Assembly (NCBI GenBank): GCA_964486995.1
Contig: CAZAOV010000007.1
Location: forward strand, 699 to 64,698
DNA length: 64,000 nt
Direction of reading: 5' to 3'
DNA from: an uncultured Gammaproteobacteria bacterium
GTDB taxonomy: Bacteria > Patescibacteriota > Patescibacteriia > SG8-24
The notes beneath the pieces are model-generated. The model made no database searches, was not told where the DNA came from, and saw only the letters and a program-made list of their open reading frames with translations. This document shows, piece after piece, positions 1 through 10,296 of the stretch; the stretch's first letter is position 1, and every line of letters starts with the position of its first letter. A program made the position numbers and the translations under genes.

Positions 1-17
1 TAATCGCACAAATAGAA

Positions 18-48
18 GCCGACTTGGCCAAGAGTCGGTTTTTGCTTT
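18..48 (+). terminator. Rho-independent terminator-like hairpin (GCCGACTTGGCCAAGAGTCGG plus T-run) for a gene upstream of the window
   Basis: GC-rich inverted repeat followed by TTTTTGCTTTTT, read directly from sequence. Confidence 0.4.
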
Positions 49-142
49 TTCTGCTAGATTTTCTTGCGCATATATTAAAGAGCAAGAGCACGAGAATAAG
101 GATGCGTCCTACGGGGTATATGGATAGCTTTTTTCATTTATA

Positions 143-181
143 GAACATTGCTTTTTAAAAAGAGAACCTTTCGGTTCTCTG
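143..181 (-). terminator. Terminator for minus-strand gene 187..843 (AGAGAACCGAAAGGTTCTCT plus T-run on the minus strand)
   Basis: Inverted repeat AGAGAACC/GGTTCTCT with a flanking A-run on the plus strand (a T-run on the minus strand), immediately downstream of the stop. Confidence 0.5.
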
Positions 182-186
182 TTGCT

Positions 187-810
187 TCACGGTAAGGGCG
201 GCGTGTACTTTGTCACCTCACCCATACGGCGCCCGATGGCACGAATTAGTTGGCTCATCATGTACACCGGCACGTCGAGGTAGGCGGTCTGCGGATGGTT
301 GAACATTTGCGACGCCTGCTTTCCCAGCATGAAATCGTGGCCATTCGATACGTTTATAATCAGGTCAATCAGATCGTCCAGATCAGCTTCGCGAATGCTT
401 TCGTACACCTCGTCTTCCTTGTCGTTAAGGAAGTGGTCGGCAATTAGCTGGTCTGCTTCACGTCGTTCGTGTGGCGTGGAGCCTTTGAACGACACTTCCT
501 CCAGTCGGTCGCTCATCAACACGAATAGATTGGCCAGATGTTCGATGACGTAGTCTGTGAAAATTAGGTCCACCGGATTCGGCGGTTTGCGCCCGCTGTT
601 TGCGAGCCTACTCATTCCGCTGGCCAGTAAATCCACTAGCCGCATCACTTCGTCAGACGACATGCTCGACTGCAGAAATCTGCCGACCAGTTTTTTGGCT
701 GCATCGATTCGTTCATTTTCAGGATTCGCCAGGTTGGTTGCCGTGCTGACAAGAATTGGAATCAGGTTCTGATAGTTGTATCCCACAGTATCTCCTGCGC
801 TAAAGAGCAT
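187..810 (-). CDS. Hypothetical cytoplasmic protein, paralog 1 of a tandem pair (shares a ...L(A/S)GM..L......P..P.D..FTD... core and a C-terminal G(H/R)R(L/M)G(D/E)(L/V)TKY motif with 1013..1609)
   Basis: ORF track 187..843. Alignment to the paralog suggests the real start is the ATG at ~810 (MLFSAG...) rather than the TTG at 843. No recognisable domain. Confidence 0.45.
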   Translation of the reverse strand: MLFSAGDTVGYNYQNLIPILVSTATNLANPENERIDAAKKLVGRFLQSSMSSDEVMRLVDLLASGMSRLANSGRKPPNPVDLIFTDYVIEHLANLFVLMSDRLEEVSFKGSTPHERREADQLIADHFLNDKEDEVYESIREADLDDLIDLIINVSNGHDFMLGKQASQMFNHPQTAYLDVPVYMMSQLIRAIGRRMGEVTKYTPPLP

Positions 811-1012
811 ATTTAGATTAGGGTCAGGTGGGGGTGGTGTCAATGTTTGAAGTGCGGGAGTTCGGGGATTCGGATAAACGAGGGATAAACGAATGGGTCA
901 TGTCCAACGAACAATAGTCCGCTCTCCTGCTTCCATACCTGGCATGTTATATCTCAGAGTCGAAGACTCTGTCCGCTCTAAAAAAAGAGAACCAGAAGTC
1001 CTCGCTTGTTAT

Positions 1013-1609
1013 CTAGTCGAATACTTTGCAGTACTTTGTCAGATCACCAAGTCGGTGACCCGCCGCGAAGTAGAACTGCGCCACGATTGCCATCGGGATG
1101 TCGAGCAGTGTGCTCTGGCCTTGCACCAGGTCATCGTCCGCTTCGTGCAGGTTTTCCGCGCTTTCGGCGAGCTTATCGATGAACCCGCTCATGGCCTTGA
1201 GGTCATGGTTCTTTATGTCGTTGATGAGATCCCGGCGGAAGTCGTCGATGCCCTGCTGGCGACGAAAATCCGCGATGATATCGCGGTCCTGCCGGGTCGC
1301 GCTGTGATCGGCGATTTTCTCGATGCGCTCGCCGATGGCGGTAAACACCGTCGCCACGCGCACCAACGGCTCGTCCGTGAATACGAAATCGTTCGGTCGA
1401 ACTGGTAGTCGCTTTTCATTTTTGAGCATCTTCATGCCCAGTGCCAGAGAATCGGTGATAACTGCGATGTCCGCGAAGTCAACGTAATCGCTCTGGATTT
1501 CCCGGGTCAACTTGTCGCCGGCAGCGACCCTCCGTGTCTCATCGAGCCGCGGGTCAAGCAGTTCCATAACCAAATCAGACATTCGTTCAGCAAACAGAGT
1601 AAACTGCAT
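1013..1609 (-). CDS. Hypothetical cytoplasmic protein, paralog 2 of the tandem pair
   Basis: 198 aa ORF with SD AGGAGTG upstream of the ATG. Clear similarity to 187..843, for example LALGMKMLKNEKRLPVRPNDFVFTDEPL vs LASGMSRLANSGRKPPNPVDLIFTDYVIEHL, and both end in ...LTKY/VTKY. Confidence 0.5.
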   Translation of the reverse strand: MQFTLFAERMSDLVMELLDPRLDETRRVAAGDKLTREIQSDYVDFADIAVITDSLALGMKMLKNEKRLPVRPNDFVFTDEPLVRVATVFTAIGERIEKIADHSATRQDRDIIADFRRQQGIDDFRRDLINDIKNHDLKAMSGFIDKLAESAENLHEADDDLVQGQSTLLDIPMAIVAQFYFAAGHRLGDLTKYCKVFD

Positions 1610-1917
1610 TTAGCACTCCTTTCTCTCTGAAATGAACAAGACAGCTTATTCTTAGTTTAGGCGGGACTTAGTGTCAATGTCTAAAGCAGATAATTGCAGA
1701 TTAGCGTTGAGCGTCTAGCGGAGAAGCGCAAGGGCAAAGCGGTATGCTCCAAGTGTTCTCTGTTGTTTTTTAGCTTACCTGCGCTCCTGTATTGCATCCT
1801 CGTTTTTATTGCGGTAATTGCCTTTTCATCTCTTCACACTTCACCGCTTTCGTGTTACTCTAGGTACGCTTTAGTAATGGCGGAATACACTTCTGCCGCT
1901 TCCAGTTTATATAATAT

Positions 1918-2574
1918 ATGAACATCACTTGGTACGGATATTCATGTTTCAAGATGGAATTCGGTGTGCGCAGCAGCGATAAAGTTTCGTTAGTGACCGA
2001 TCCATTCGAGAAAGAGGGAAGGAACGGTATGCCGCGTACGTTGTCGGCCGATATTGTCACGGTCAGTCATGACCATAAGCGACATAATAACGTCAAGGAC
2101 ATTGTTGGTGATCCGTTCATTATCGAAGGTCCGGGCGAATACGAGGTTAAAGACGTCATGGTGACCGGAGTTAAGGCTTGTCACGACGACAAGGATTGCA
2201 CGGTGCTGGGACCTAACACCATCTACTACATCATCGCCGATGGTTTGCATGTCGTGCACTTGGGTGACCTGAACCACAAGCTCAGCGAGAGCCAGTTCGC
2301 CCATATTCATAATACCGACATACTTTTCGTGCCGATTGGGGGGAAGGACACGCTCGATGCCAAGGCAGCGGTCGAGGTAATTGGCCAGTTCGAGCCGCGC
2401 ATCATCGTGCCAATGCACTACAAGTCCGGTCGGTGGGGCGCGGGCATGGATGGCCTAGATCCTTTCCTTAAGGTGTTGGGGGCGGCCACACCCGAGGTCG
2501 TAAATCGTCTCAAAATTACATCGCGTGACCTGCCACAAGAAGAGACCAAGATAGTCATAATCGAACCACAATGA
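1918..2574 (+). CDS. Metallo-beta-lactamase-fold metal-dependent hydrolase (UPF0173-like)
   Basis: N-terminus MNITWYGYSCFKME and an H/D-rich motif (VSHDHKRH, HLGDLNH, VPMHY) typical of MBL-fold hydrolases. Confidence 0.7.
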   Translation: MNITWYGYSCFKMEFGVRSSDKVSLVTDPFEKEGRNGMPRTLSADIVTVSHDHKRHNNVKDIVGDPFIIEGPGEYEVKDVMVTGVKACHDDKDCTVLGPNTIYYIIADGLHVVHLGDLNHKLSESQFAHIHNTDILFVPIGGKDTLDAKAAVEVIGQFEPRIIVPMHYKSGRWGAGMDGLDPFLKVLGAATPEVVNRLKITSRDLPQEETKIVIIEPQ

Positions 2575-2990
2575 CGAATCCAATGCCCTTACCAAATCCT
2601 GATAAAAATCCAGAGCGGTCGGATGAAGACAAGCGACGCAAGCAAGCCACATTGGCCATTGCGGTCATTACTGCTACGTCGTTTATAGTGGTGGCCTGGA
2701 TAATGTTTCTGCCGTTCCAGCTACAGAAGTTTAGTGTGCTAAGCGACGAGGAGATGGCGCGATGGCAAGAAATTCGCGAAGAAGCGAAGGGTAATGAAGG
2801 GGCTTCACTGCGCGAAGCCATGGATGGTTTGCGTGATTCGTATGACTCACTTGAGGGGCGGTATCAGGAAAGCAACAATATTGATTACGAAGCAGGGCGG
2901 GTCTCAGATGAGACCAGGGAAAAACTTAGACAAGCGATTGAGAAGTACCAGTCGCAAGGAGATACCGGCACAATTGCCGAAGAAGAATAG
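2571..2990 (+). CDS. Hypothetical single-pass membrane protein with an acidic coiled C-terminus
   Basis: ORF overlaps the upstream stop (ATGA). One TM segment (AIAVITATSFIVVAWIMFLPF). No recognisable domain. Confidence 0.4.
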   Translation: MTNPMPLPNPDKNPERSDEDKRRKQATLAIAVITATSFIVVAWIMFLPFQLQKFSVLSDEEMARWQEIREEAKGNEGASLREAMDGLRDSYDSLEGRYQESNNIDYEAGRVSDETREKLRQAIEKYQSQGDTGTIAEEE

Positions 2991-2999
2991 TGTATTGAT

Positions 3000-5648
3000 T
3001 TGAAACACATGCCAGCTAAGAAGGATAAAAAGGCTAAGAGGGGCAAGAAGCCTGATAAACCCAATAAGAAGACGCCAGCCAAGAAGGCTGGTGATTCGGC
3101 TAAGAAAGCTGATAATAAGGCCAAAGGCTCAGAAGTTCGGAAGACCGGAAAGGCAGAGAGTGCTCCGGCTCCGCGTAAAGAGACTCAGACAGCTTTGGCG
3201 ATTGATGGTCCGGTGGCGAGCAAGGTATTGGATCGGTCGATTAGTGCGGAGATGCAGGAGTCTTATTTGGATTATGCGATGACCGTGATTGTGAGTCGTG
3301 CTTTGCCGGATGTTCGTGATGGTCTGAAGCCGGTGCATCGCCGTATTCTATATGCGATGTGGAAGATTGGCCTCAAGCCGAGCGCCAAGTTCCGTAAGTC
3401 CGCGACCGTGGTTGGTGAAGTGCTTGGTAAGTATCATCCGCACGGTGACCAGGCGGTGTACGATTCGTTGGTGCGCATGGCACAGGATTTCAGCATGCGT
3501 CACATGCTGGTGCGCGGCCAAGGAAACTTTGGTTCCATGGACGGCGACTCAGCCGCGGCCATGCGTTATACCGAGTGCAAGCTGGCTGGCATTTCCGAGG
3601 AGGTTTTAACTGATATCGAAAAAGGTACCGTCGATTTTATTCCGAATTACGACGGTGAGCATAAGGAACCGACCGTGTTACCGGCCAAATTGCCGAACCT
3701 GTTGCTGAACGGAACGGTTGGTATCGCGGTGGGTATGGCGACCAGCATTCCGCCGCATAATCTCGAAGAATTATGCGATGCAATTTTGCATTTACTGGAC
3801 GACGGCGACGCTACAGTGCAGGACTTGATGAAATACGTGAAAGGTCCGGACTTCCCGACCGGCGGAATTATATATGACAGGCAGGCGATCGAGACTGCAT
3901 ATACCACCGGGCGGGGTGGTATCGTGGTGCGCGCCAAAACTGAAATCGTTGAACAGAAGGCCGGCAAGTATCGCATCGTAGTGAATGAGATTCCGTACAT
4001 GGTAAACAAGGCAACGCTACTCGAGAAAATCGCCACGCTCGTACAAACTAAAAAGATTGACGGCATCAAGGACCTGCGCGACGAGTCTTCTAAGGAAGGC
4101 GTGCGCGTCGTGATCGATCTGAAGAAAGATGCTTATCCAAAGAAGGTGCTGAACCGACTGTTCCAGATGACCTCGTTGCAGGATACCTTCCATGTTAATC
4201 TGATGTCTTTGGTGGACGGTATTCAGCCGCGCGTGCTGAACCTGAAGTTGGCGTTGGAGCAGTTTATTATTCATCGCAAGGAAGTTATTCGCCGTCGCAC
4301 TGAGTTTGATTTAGCCAAGGCTGAAGCTCGAGCACACGTGTTGGAAGGCTTGAAGATCGCTCTCAACATGCTGGATGCGGTCATTAAGACTATTCGTGCC
4401 TCGTATGATCGTGAGGAAGCCAAGGCGAACTTGATTAAGAAGTTCAAGCTGTCCGAGATCCAGGCCGACGCGATTCTGGATATGCGCCTGCAATCGCTTG
4501 CTAACTTGGAACGCAAGAAAGTCGAGGATGAGCTGAAGGAGAAGATGAAACTGATTAAGGATCTGCAGGCAATTCTCAAATCTCCGAACAAGGTCATTAA
4601 TATCATCAAGGACGAGACCGAAGAGTTACGCAAGAAATATGGCGAGCCGCGTCGTACGGCGGTGGTGCCGCATGGCGTCAAGGATTTTGCGGCCGAGGAT
4701 TTGATTCCGAATGAACCGACCATCGTGATTATCACCAAAGATGGTTACATAAAGCGCTTGCCTCCGGATACGTTCCGTACGCAGACTCGTGGAGGAAAAG
4801 GCATCGCTGGCCTGAAGACTAAGGAGGAAGACATCGTTTCCGAGCTGTTCTCGACCACTACGCATTCAGATATGTTTTTCTTCACGACGCGCGGCAGAGT
4901 ATTCAAGCTCAAGGCGTATGACGTGCCGCAGACCACGCGCACCTCGAAGGGTCAGGCCATGGTTAACTTTCTTCAGCTGTCGCCAAACGAATGGGTGACG
5001 GCGGTGCTGTCGAGCGAGAGTTTCGGCGACGAAAAATACCTGTTTATGGCGACCGAGAAGGGAAGGGTCAAGAAAACCGAAATTTCCGAGTTTAAGAATA
5101 TTCGCAGTAACGGTTTGATTGCTATCAATTTGAACGAGAATGACCGATTACGGTGGGTTAAGGCCACGACCGGCGAGGAGCATGTGATGATTATCACCAA
5201 GAAAGGCCAGGCGATTCGGTTCTCAGAAAAAGACGTGCGATCGATGGGTCGTGTTGCGGCCGGCGTGCGCGGCATTAAGTTCAAGGGAGATGATGTGGCG
5301 GTTGGTATGGACGTTATTCCGCCGAAACTGGCTGACGGTAAGTTGGACGTTTTGGTGGTTATGTCCAAAGGATACGGTAAGCGAACCGATGTCAACGATT
5401 ACCGCCTGCAGGGTCGCGGCGGTAGCGGCATTCGCACGGCTCGCGCCACCACCAAGACCGGCGATATCATCCGAGGCATGGTGGTGAACAGTGCCGATGA
5501 TTCGGACTTGATGTGCGTTTCGACCAAGGGGCAGATTATTCGCTTGCCACTTAACACGGTCAGCCGACTCGGACGCGACACGCAGGGCGTGAAGGTGATG
5601 ACGTTCAAGGAGACGGGGGATAGCGTGTCGTCGGTGACGCTCGTGTAA
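3000..5648 (+). CDS. gyrA: DNA gyrase subunit A, with a ~60 aa N-terminal lysine-rich (histone H1-like) extension
   Basis: [29 protein letters not shown] active-site region, catalytic Tyr context, and GyrA box QTRGGKG in the C-terminal beta-pinwheel. N-terminus is [43 protein letters not shown]. Confidence 0.95.
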   Translation: MKHMPAKKDKKAKRGKKPDKPNKKTPAKKAGDSAKKADNKAKGSEVRKTGKAESAPAPRKETQTALAIDGPVASKVLDRSISAEMQESYLDYAMTVIVSRALPDVRDGLKPVHRRILYAMWKIGLKPSAKFRKSATVVGEVLGKYHPHGDQAVYDSLVRMAQDFSMRHMLVRGQGNFGSMDGDSAAAMRYTECKLAGISEEVLTDIEKGTVDFIPNYDGEHKEPTVLPAKLPNLLLNGTVGIAVGMATSIPPHNLEELCDAILHLLDDGDATVQDLMKYVKGPDFPTGGIIYDRQAIETAYTTGRGGIVVRAKTEIVEQKAGKYRIVVNEIPYMVNKATLLEKIATLVQTKKIDGIKDLRDESSKEGVRVVIDLKKDAYPKKVLNRLFQMTSLQDTFHVNLMSLVDGIQPRVLNLKLALEQFIIHRKEVIRRRTEFDLAKAEARAHVLEGLKIALNMLDAVIKTIRASYDREEAKANLIKKFKLSEIQADAILDMRLQSLANLERKKVEDELKEKMKLIKDLQAILKSPNKVINIIKDETEELRKKYGEPRRTAVVPHGVKDFAAEDLIPNEPTIVIITKDGYIKRLPPDTFRTQTRGGKGIAGLKTKEEDIVSELFSTTTHSDMFFFTTRGRVFKLKAYDVPQTTRTSKGQAMVNFLQLSPNEWVTAVLSSESFGDEKYLFMATEKGRVKKTEISEFKNIRSNGLIAINLNENDRLRWVKATTGEEHVMIITKKGQAIRFSEKDVRSMGRVAAGVRGIKFKGDDVAVGMDVIPPKLADGKLDVLVVMSKGYGKRTDVNDYRLQGRGGSGIRTARATTKTGDIIRGMVVNSADDSDLMCVSTKGQIIRLPLNTVSRLGRDTQGVKVMTFKETGDSVSSVTLV

Positions 5649-5685
5649 TTATTATTCTGCGGCTATTGCCAAGCACTTAATTTAG

Positions 5686-6501
5686 ATGTCAGCAAAAGGA
5701 CGTTTCACAACTTTCTTCCGCACGCTCGCCAAGAGCTGCTATGACATGGAATTCTATCGAGAAGTCCGAACCAGGCCGTGGTCTGATGCTTTCAAGTACG
5801 CCGCGGTCTTTTTCGTTCTGATTACGTTCGCCATCGTACTGTCGGCGGCACCGGGTTCGTTTATGTTTTTGTCCGACGCGAAGAGCGAAATCCGAGATAA
5901 TATGCCAGACGGCACAGCGTTCGAGATAAAAAATAACATCTTTTCGACCACTCTGGAGCCAGCCACTGAGTTTGGTGGCGATGAATTTATTTTGATTATC
6001 GACGATACAATTTCCGGAAAGGATTTTCCGAAAGCGTTTGAGGACCGTATCGGTATTTTTATCGGACGCGACGCGGTATTTACTCAAGAGCCCGATAATA
6101 CGCGCGAAATCATGACATTTGAGGATGCGCCTGAGTTCGAGTTGACCAAACAGCAGATGTTGCAGTGGCTCAGTCGGTATGGCGCGCCAGTAATTGTGTT
6201 GATGCTGTGGCTAGTATGGCTATTCAGTTATTTTTTCTCGTTGCTGAGTGCATTGGTATCCATATTATTTATGTCGGTGATTTCATTGCTGGCTGGTCGG
6301 GCCTGGAAAGTTAACCTGAACTATAAACAGTGGCTGGCGGTAGGGTTTCATGCGATTACGTTGCCAACCATTTTGGATTTTCTGTTCACTTCATTTGGGT
6401 TGGATGTGCCGTTCCTGATGCCGGTGGTATTCTTTATGTTCATTTTTGCGGTGCTGTCGGATGAGCGGGCGCGACCGGTCAAACCAGAACCCGCCAAGTA
6501 A
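5686..6501 (+). CDS. Hypothetical polytopic membrane protein (DUF1189-like architecture)
   Basis: 271 aa, 4-5 predicted TM helices. Start uncertain because there is no SD (alternative ATG ~5746). Confidence 0.45.
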   Translation: MSAKGRFTTFFRTLAKSCYDMEFYREVRTRPWSDAFKYAAVFFVLITFAIVLSAAPGSFMFLSDAKSEIRDNMPDGTAFEIKNNIFSTTLEPATEFGGDEFILIIDDTISGKDFPKAFEDRIGIFIGRDAVFTQEPDNTREIMTFEDAPEFELTKQQMLQWLSRYGAPVIVLMLWLVWLFSYFFSLLSALVSILFMSVISLLAGRAWKVNLNYKQWLAVGFHAITLPTILDFLFTSFGLDVPFLMPVVFFMFIFAVLSDERARPVKPEPAK

Positions 6502-6510
6502 AGGAGGTGC

Positions 6511-6600
6511 CATCACGAAAAACCGCCAGACTTGTTTTAAGGGAGCAGCCTCGCTGTTGTCTAAAACAAGTCTGGCGGTTTTTGCGCAAGCTCGTGATGG
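6511..6600. repeat. Long hairpin, also a bidirectional terminator; copy 1 of hairpin family 1 (core CAGACTTGTTTTAAGG)
   Basis: AAAAACCGCCAGACTTGTTTTAAGG...CTAAAACAAGTCTGGCGGTTTTTG with outer arms CCATCACGA/TCGTGATGG. The same core recurs at 33197..33262 and partly at ~35780. Confidence 0.6.
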
Positions 6601-6678
6601 GCGGACGCCTCAAAGCGCACATAAAAAAGAGCCGCGACATAGTCACGGCTCTTCGCGATGATCGACACGCCGGCCGGA

Positions 6679-6960
6679 TCAGACAGCCGAAGCGAACGGC
6701 CAGCGTATGCGCTTGCATCGACGGCGTTCTAGTGCCGCCTTCGCCCGGGTCAGCTGATCGGCGTTCGGACAGATGACGTGCACCTGCACCGGTTTTGGCG
6801 CGTCGCTGGCTCTGCTCGCACGGACGCTGATTTTTATGCCCCGCGGCATCGTCAGATCGACGTTGTCCTCGTCGGGATGACCGAACATTGCGGCGAGAGA
6901 GCGGATTCGCCCTGTCGCCTCCTCGCGGCTTTCACAAAGAACGTACAATTCGTATGCCAT
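6679..6960 (-). CDS. Hypothetical small protein (93 aa)
   Basis: ATG start (MAYELYV...) preceded by a strong SD AAAGGAGGAGAG. No recognisable domain. Confidence 0.45.
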   Translation of the reverse strand: MAYELYVLCESREEATGRIRSLAAMFGHPDEDNVDLTMPRGIKISVRASRASDAPKPVQVHVICPNADQLTRAKAALERRRCKRIRWPFASAV

Positions 6961-7139
6961 GTCTCTCCTCCTTTTTGCTAGACAGACATTGCACAATAGC
7001 ATAAGTTAACTTCGTTGTCAAGCCTTCTAAGCTTTAAATTAGCCAAAATTAGACTTATGTGGGCTGTTGACAGTTCAGGTAAATAAGGATAATGTATGCG
7101 ACTGGTTCTTTGACCTCGGGTGTTAGAGAGGGGAGTAAG

Positions 7140-8225
7140 ATGGCTCAACTGCATATGAGAATTGCGGTCGTTGCGAGCCCAAATACGGGCTCGTTTCCAG
7201 TTTTTGAAAGGCAAATCGCGCCACTTCTGATGGGGCGGCCGGACACCAGGATTTCTCTTACTTCGAACGCCAGAGAGCTCGTCCAAGCCATGGATGACAT
7301 CTTTGAGTGGCAGCCAGATATCATTATCATCTGTGGTGGTGACGGTGCCATGCACGTTTGCCTGTCCGCGGTCGCGGATCGGTACCAAGGTGCACAGCGG
7401 GAGATTCCGCTGATTCTGATGCTGGCACTAGGCACCATGAACGACGGTGCCACCGCGCTCGGTGTGGCGCGCAATCCGGTTGGTTTGCTCCACCGCGTGC
7501 TCAAGAAGATTGATCAGGGCAAGGGTCTGAAGACACGCCTGTTCCGGCCGATGACCGTAAATGGCATGTGCGCGTTCCTGTACGGTTCCGGTTTGCCGGT
7601 GGCGTTTTTGCAACGCTACTATCGGGACAAGCCACCCGGCGCAATTGGTGGTCCGATCGGCAGTGGCATGACCGTCGGCACTGTTATTTGGTCCGAGATT
7701 CTTCTTGCGCTCGGTCTGGCTACGTCTGAAGGCTGGTTTCATCGCCTGCTCGAGATCGTCGGGCTACGCGAAGCCACGGGTCCGGTCAACCGCCTGCTCG
7801 AGGAATTTGGTCAGCTTGATGCGCGGGAATGGGGTGACAAGGACGTCACTATCAAAGTGGCTTCGCCGTACCATCCCGATGGCGCGGAGTTCGAGCGCTA
7901 CACGGGTTTGATGGCTACGGTCATCGATCAGGTCGGTATGGGCCTACGCGCGTTTCGAGATGCCATGAAGCACTCCGGCAGTTTCACGCTCCGCATCACC
8001 GATCTCGGCCTGGCCGAGATTCTGGCCGTGGCTCCCGCTATCCTCACCGGCATGCCGGTCGATGGTATCGAGGACCATGTTCTCAAGGAGGCCATCGTTC
8101 AATATAGCCGCCCGACCGTGCGCATGATTGATGGGGATCTTAAGGATCCGGCCAATGACTCTTCGCTTCATCCGACACGCGATGTATTGGGGATGGGACC
8201 TACGCTGGAAATTATCACCGGTTAA
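7140..8225 (+). CDS. Lipid kinase of the diacylglycerol-kinase catalytic-domain family (YegS/BmrU-like)
   Basis: DIIIICGGDGAMH motif resembling the DAGK_cat GGDG loop. Start chosen at MAQLHM with SD GAGAGGGGAG; the ORF track begins at 7092 inside the promoter. Confidence 0.55.
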   Translation: MAQLHMRIAVVASPNTGSFPVFERQIAPLLMGRPDTRISLTSNARELVQAMDDIFEWQPDIIIICGGDGAMHVCLSAVADRYQGAQREIPLILMLALGTMNDGATALGVARNPVGLLHRVLKKIDQGKGLKTRLFRPMTVNGMCAFLYGSGLPVAFLQRYYRDKPPGAIGGPIGSGMTVGTVIWSEILLALGLATSEGWFHRLLEIVGLREATGPVNRLLEEFGQLDAREWGDKDVTIKVASPYHPDGAEFERYTGLMATVIDQVGMGLRAFRDAMKHSGSFTLRITDLGLAEILAVAPAILTGMPVDGIEDHVLKEAIVQYSRPTVRMIDGDLKDPANDSSLHPTRDVLGMGPTLEIITG

Positions 8226-8246
8226 GGCGGCTGCGAACTATCGACC

Positions 8247-8272
8247 GCCCTCGTAAAGAGGGCAGTTTTTTT
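8247..8272 (+). terminator. Rho-independent terminator (GCCCTCGTAAAGAGGGC plus T7)
   Basis: Read from sequence downstream of the 7140..8225 stop. Confidence 0.6.
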
Positions 8273-8345
8273 GTCCCAGGAAACCTCGGGTGGAGCCTCA
8301 GCGGAATGCGTGGAGAGGGTCATTCCCATCTTCTATCCTCTACGC

Positions 8346-8374
8346 TTGACAGCGCAACCAATTTTAGTTATATT
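8346..8374 (+). promoter_or_regulatory. Sigma70-like promoter TTGACA-N17-TATATT upstream of rpmF
   Basis: Consensus -35 and near-consensus -10 with 17 bp spacing. Confidence 0.45.
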
Positions 8375-8426
8375 GAACCCGCTTTAGAGTCGAAACAGAT
8401 ACGATTCAGCCTTAAAAATGGTATAT

Positions 8427-8642
8427 ATGTCAGTCCCAGCACGACGACAAACTGCTTCAAAGAGAAAGCGCCGGAACTCACATTCTGGGCTTAAAAAAGC
8501 AAATTTGGCCGCTTGCCCCAAGTGCAAGCAGCCCAAGTTGCAGCACAAGGCCTGCGCCAACTGTGGCACATACTCCGGTCGCCAGGTTCTGCAACTAGAT
8601 AATCCGCTCGATAAGAAGGGTGGTAAATCAGGCAAGAAATAG
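8427..8642 (+). CDS. rpmF: 50S ribosomal protein L32
   Basis: MSVPARRQTASKRKRRNSH...CPKCKQPKLQHKACANCGTYSGRQV matches the zinc-ribbon L32 family. ORF track starts 9 nt earlier at 8418. Confidence 0.85.
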   Translation: MSVPARRQTASKRKRRNSHSGLKKANLAACPKCKQPKLQHKACANCGTYSGRQVLQLDNPLDKKGGKSGKK

Positions 8643-8877
8643 CATGAACGGCGCGTATTCATCCACGCGCCGCTTTGCATTGAGTGTCAAGAAACAATCC
8701 AAGTAGATGAGCATGCAAGTCTAGTAGTGCAGGGACACGTAAGATCTGAGCATAGAAGGCTAGCGTACTCGCACGCAGTGATTGATACGAATCAGGAGGT
8801 ATTCCTCGCCACTGCATTTCATGGGTAAAAGTACATATAAATGTATAATATAATCATAGACCTTTGGGCTAAACATT

Positions 8878-9411
8878 ATGTCAAATAGACATCTCGCTCG
8901 GACCATTTCCATGCAGACCCTGTATCAGTGGGATTTTAATGGTCAAAAAACTAAAAAAATTCCGGAGTATGTCAATTCCAATCTGAAGGATTTTGCGCCG
9001 GATTTTGACGACAAGGGATTTATCGCCGAACTGGTGGAGAACGTGGTGTCCAAGATTGAGGAAATCGACACCATCATCACCAAGTACGCACCAGACTGGC
9101 CGATTGACCAGATTACAAATGTTGATCGCAATATTTTGCGAATCGGCGTTTACGAGCTTAAGTTCTCCGACACAATTCCTTCCAAGGTGGCGATAAACGA
9201 AGCTATTGAATTAGCCAAGACGTTTGGGGGCGAATCGTCCGGTCGTTTCGTAAATGGCGTGCTCGGCGCGATTTACAAGGACATAATTGCCTCGGATGAG
9301 ATTAAAGAAGTCGATAAAGTTGAGAAACCGACCCGAAAAGAAAAAGAAGATACTGCCAAAGAAGAAGGGGAGAAGAAAGAAGCTACGTTGCCAGAGAAGA
9401 AAGAAGAATAA
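8878..9411 (+). CDS. nusB: Transcription antitermination factor NusB with a C-terminal K/E-rich tail
   Basis: [15 protein letters not shown]...[14 protein letters not shown]...[14 protein letters not shown] are hallmark NusB motifs. Confidence 0.85.
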   Translation: MSNRHLARTISMQTLYQWDFNGQKTKKIPEYVNSNLKDFAPDFDDKGFIAELVENVVSKIEEIDTIITKYAPDWPIDQITNVDRNILRIGVYELKFSDTIPSKVAINEAIELAKTFGGESSGRFVNGVLGAIYKDIIASDEIKEVDKVEKPTRKEKEDTAKEEGEKKEATLPEKKEE

Positions 9412-9597
9412 ATTAACCATAAAGTTGAAAGCAGTGAAGAATAAGTCTTTAAATCTTTTAACCTTATAACCTCAATAATAATACTGCCCCGGCGGCCATG
9501 GCTGACGGCGAATCTTTAATCGCGATTCGCCATGAGCGATGGTTGTCCAAATTTCGTCGGGACGCTAGCGTATGGTCACTAGGCTGGCCATAAAGAT

Positions 9598-10296
9598 ATG
9601 GACAACATAAAAGATTTTTCGCCACTCGAGGAACGAGTCGGCATCAAGTTTGATAATCGCGAAGTTCTAACTCAAGCGTTTGTTCACCGTTCGTACCTGA
9701 ATGAGCATCCGGGATTTGAAATTGGGCATAACGAGCGTCTGGAGTTTCTGGGTGATGCAGTGTTAGAGCTCGCGGTTACGGAATATCTCTACGAAAAATA
9801 TCCTAATCCCGAAGGCGAGCTCACCAATTGGAGAGCCGCTTTAGTTAACGCCAAGTCGTTGGCTAAGGTGGCCGCCGAAGTGGGGCTTGAAGATTATTTG
9901 TATCTGTCGCACGGCGAAGCCAGAGACTCGGGCAGTAAAGCGCGCAACTATATTTTAGCTAACGCCATGGAAGCGTTTATTGGTGCCATATATATAGATA
10001 AAGGAATGGAGGTGGCCGCCGAATTCATAAATAAATACATCATCTCGATGCTGGCAGAGATTCTGGAGAAGAAGCTATACATCGATCCCAAGAGTCGATT
10101 CCAGGAGAGTGCGCAAGAGTTGGTTGGCGTTACTCCGAGTTATCGGGTAATCAAGGAAATTGGACCGGATCACGCCAAGGAATTTACGGTTGGAGTTTAC
10201 TTGAACGACGAGCTGGTGGCCGAGGGACTGGGCACTTCTAAGCAAGAGGCGCAGATCGCTGCCGCCGAAAATGCACTCAACGCTAAAAAATGGTAG
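9598..10296 (+). CDS. rnc: Ribonuclease III
   Basis: RNase III signature ERLEFLGDAVLELAVTEYLY plus a C-terminal dsRBD. Confidence 0.9.
   Translation: MDNIKDFSPLEERVGIKFDNREVLTQAFVHRSYLNEHPGFEIGHNERLEFLGDAVLELAVTEYLYEKYPNPEGELTNWRAALVNAKSLAKVAAEVGLEDYLYLSHGEARDSGSKARNYILANAMEAFIGAIYIDKGMEVAAEFINKYIISMLAEILEKKLYIDPKSRFQESAQELVGVTPSYRVIKEIGPDHAKEFTVGVYLNDELVAEGLGTSKQEAQIAAAENALNAKKW

Noticed and set aside
893-1408. 171-aa plus-strand ORF
   Set aside because: It lies antisense to the better-supported paralog gene 1013..1609, which has an RBS and a paralog-conserved sequence
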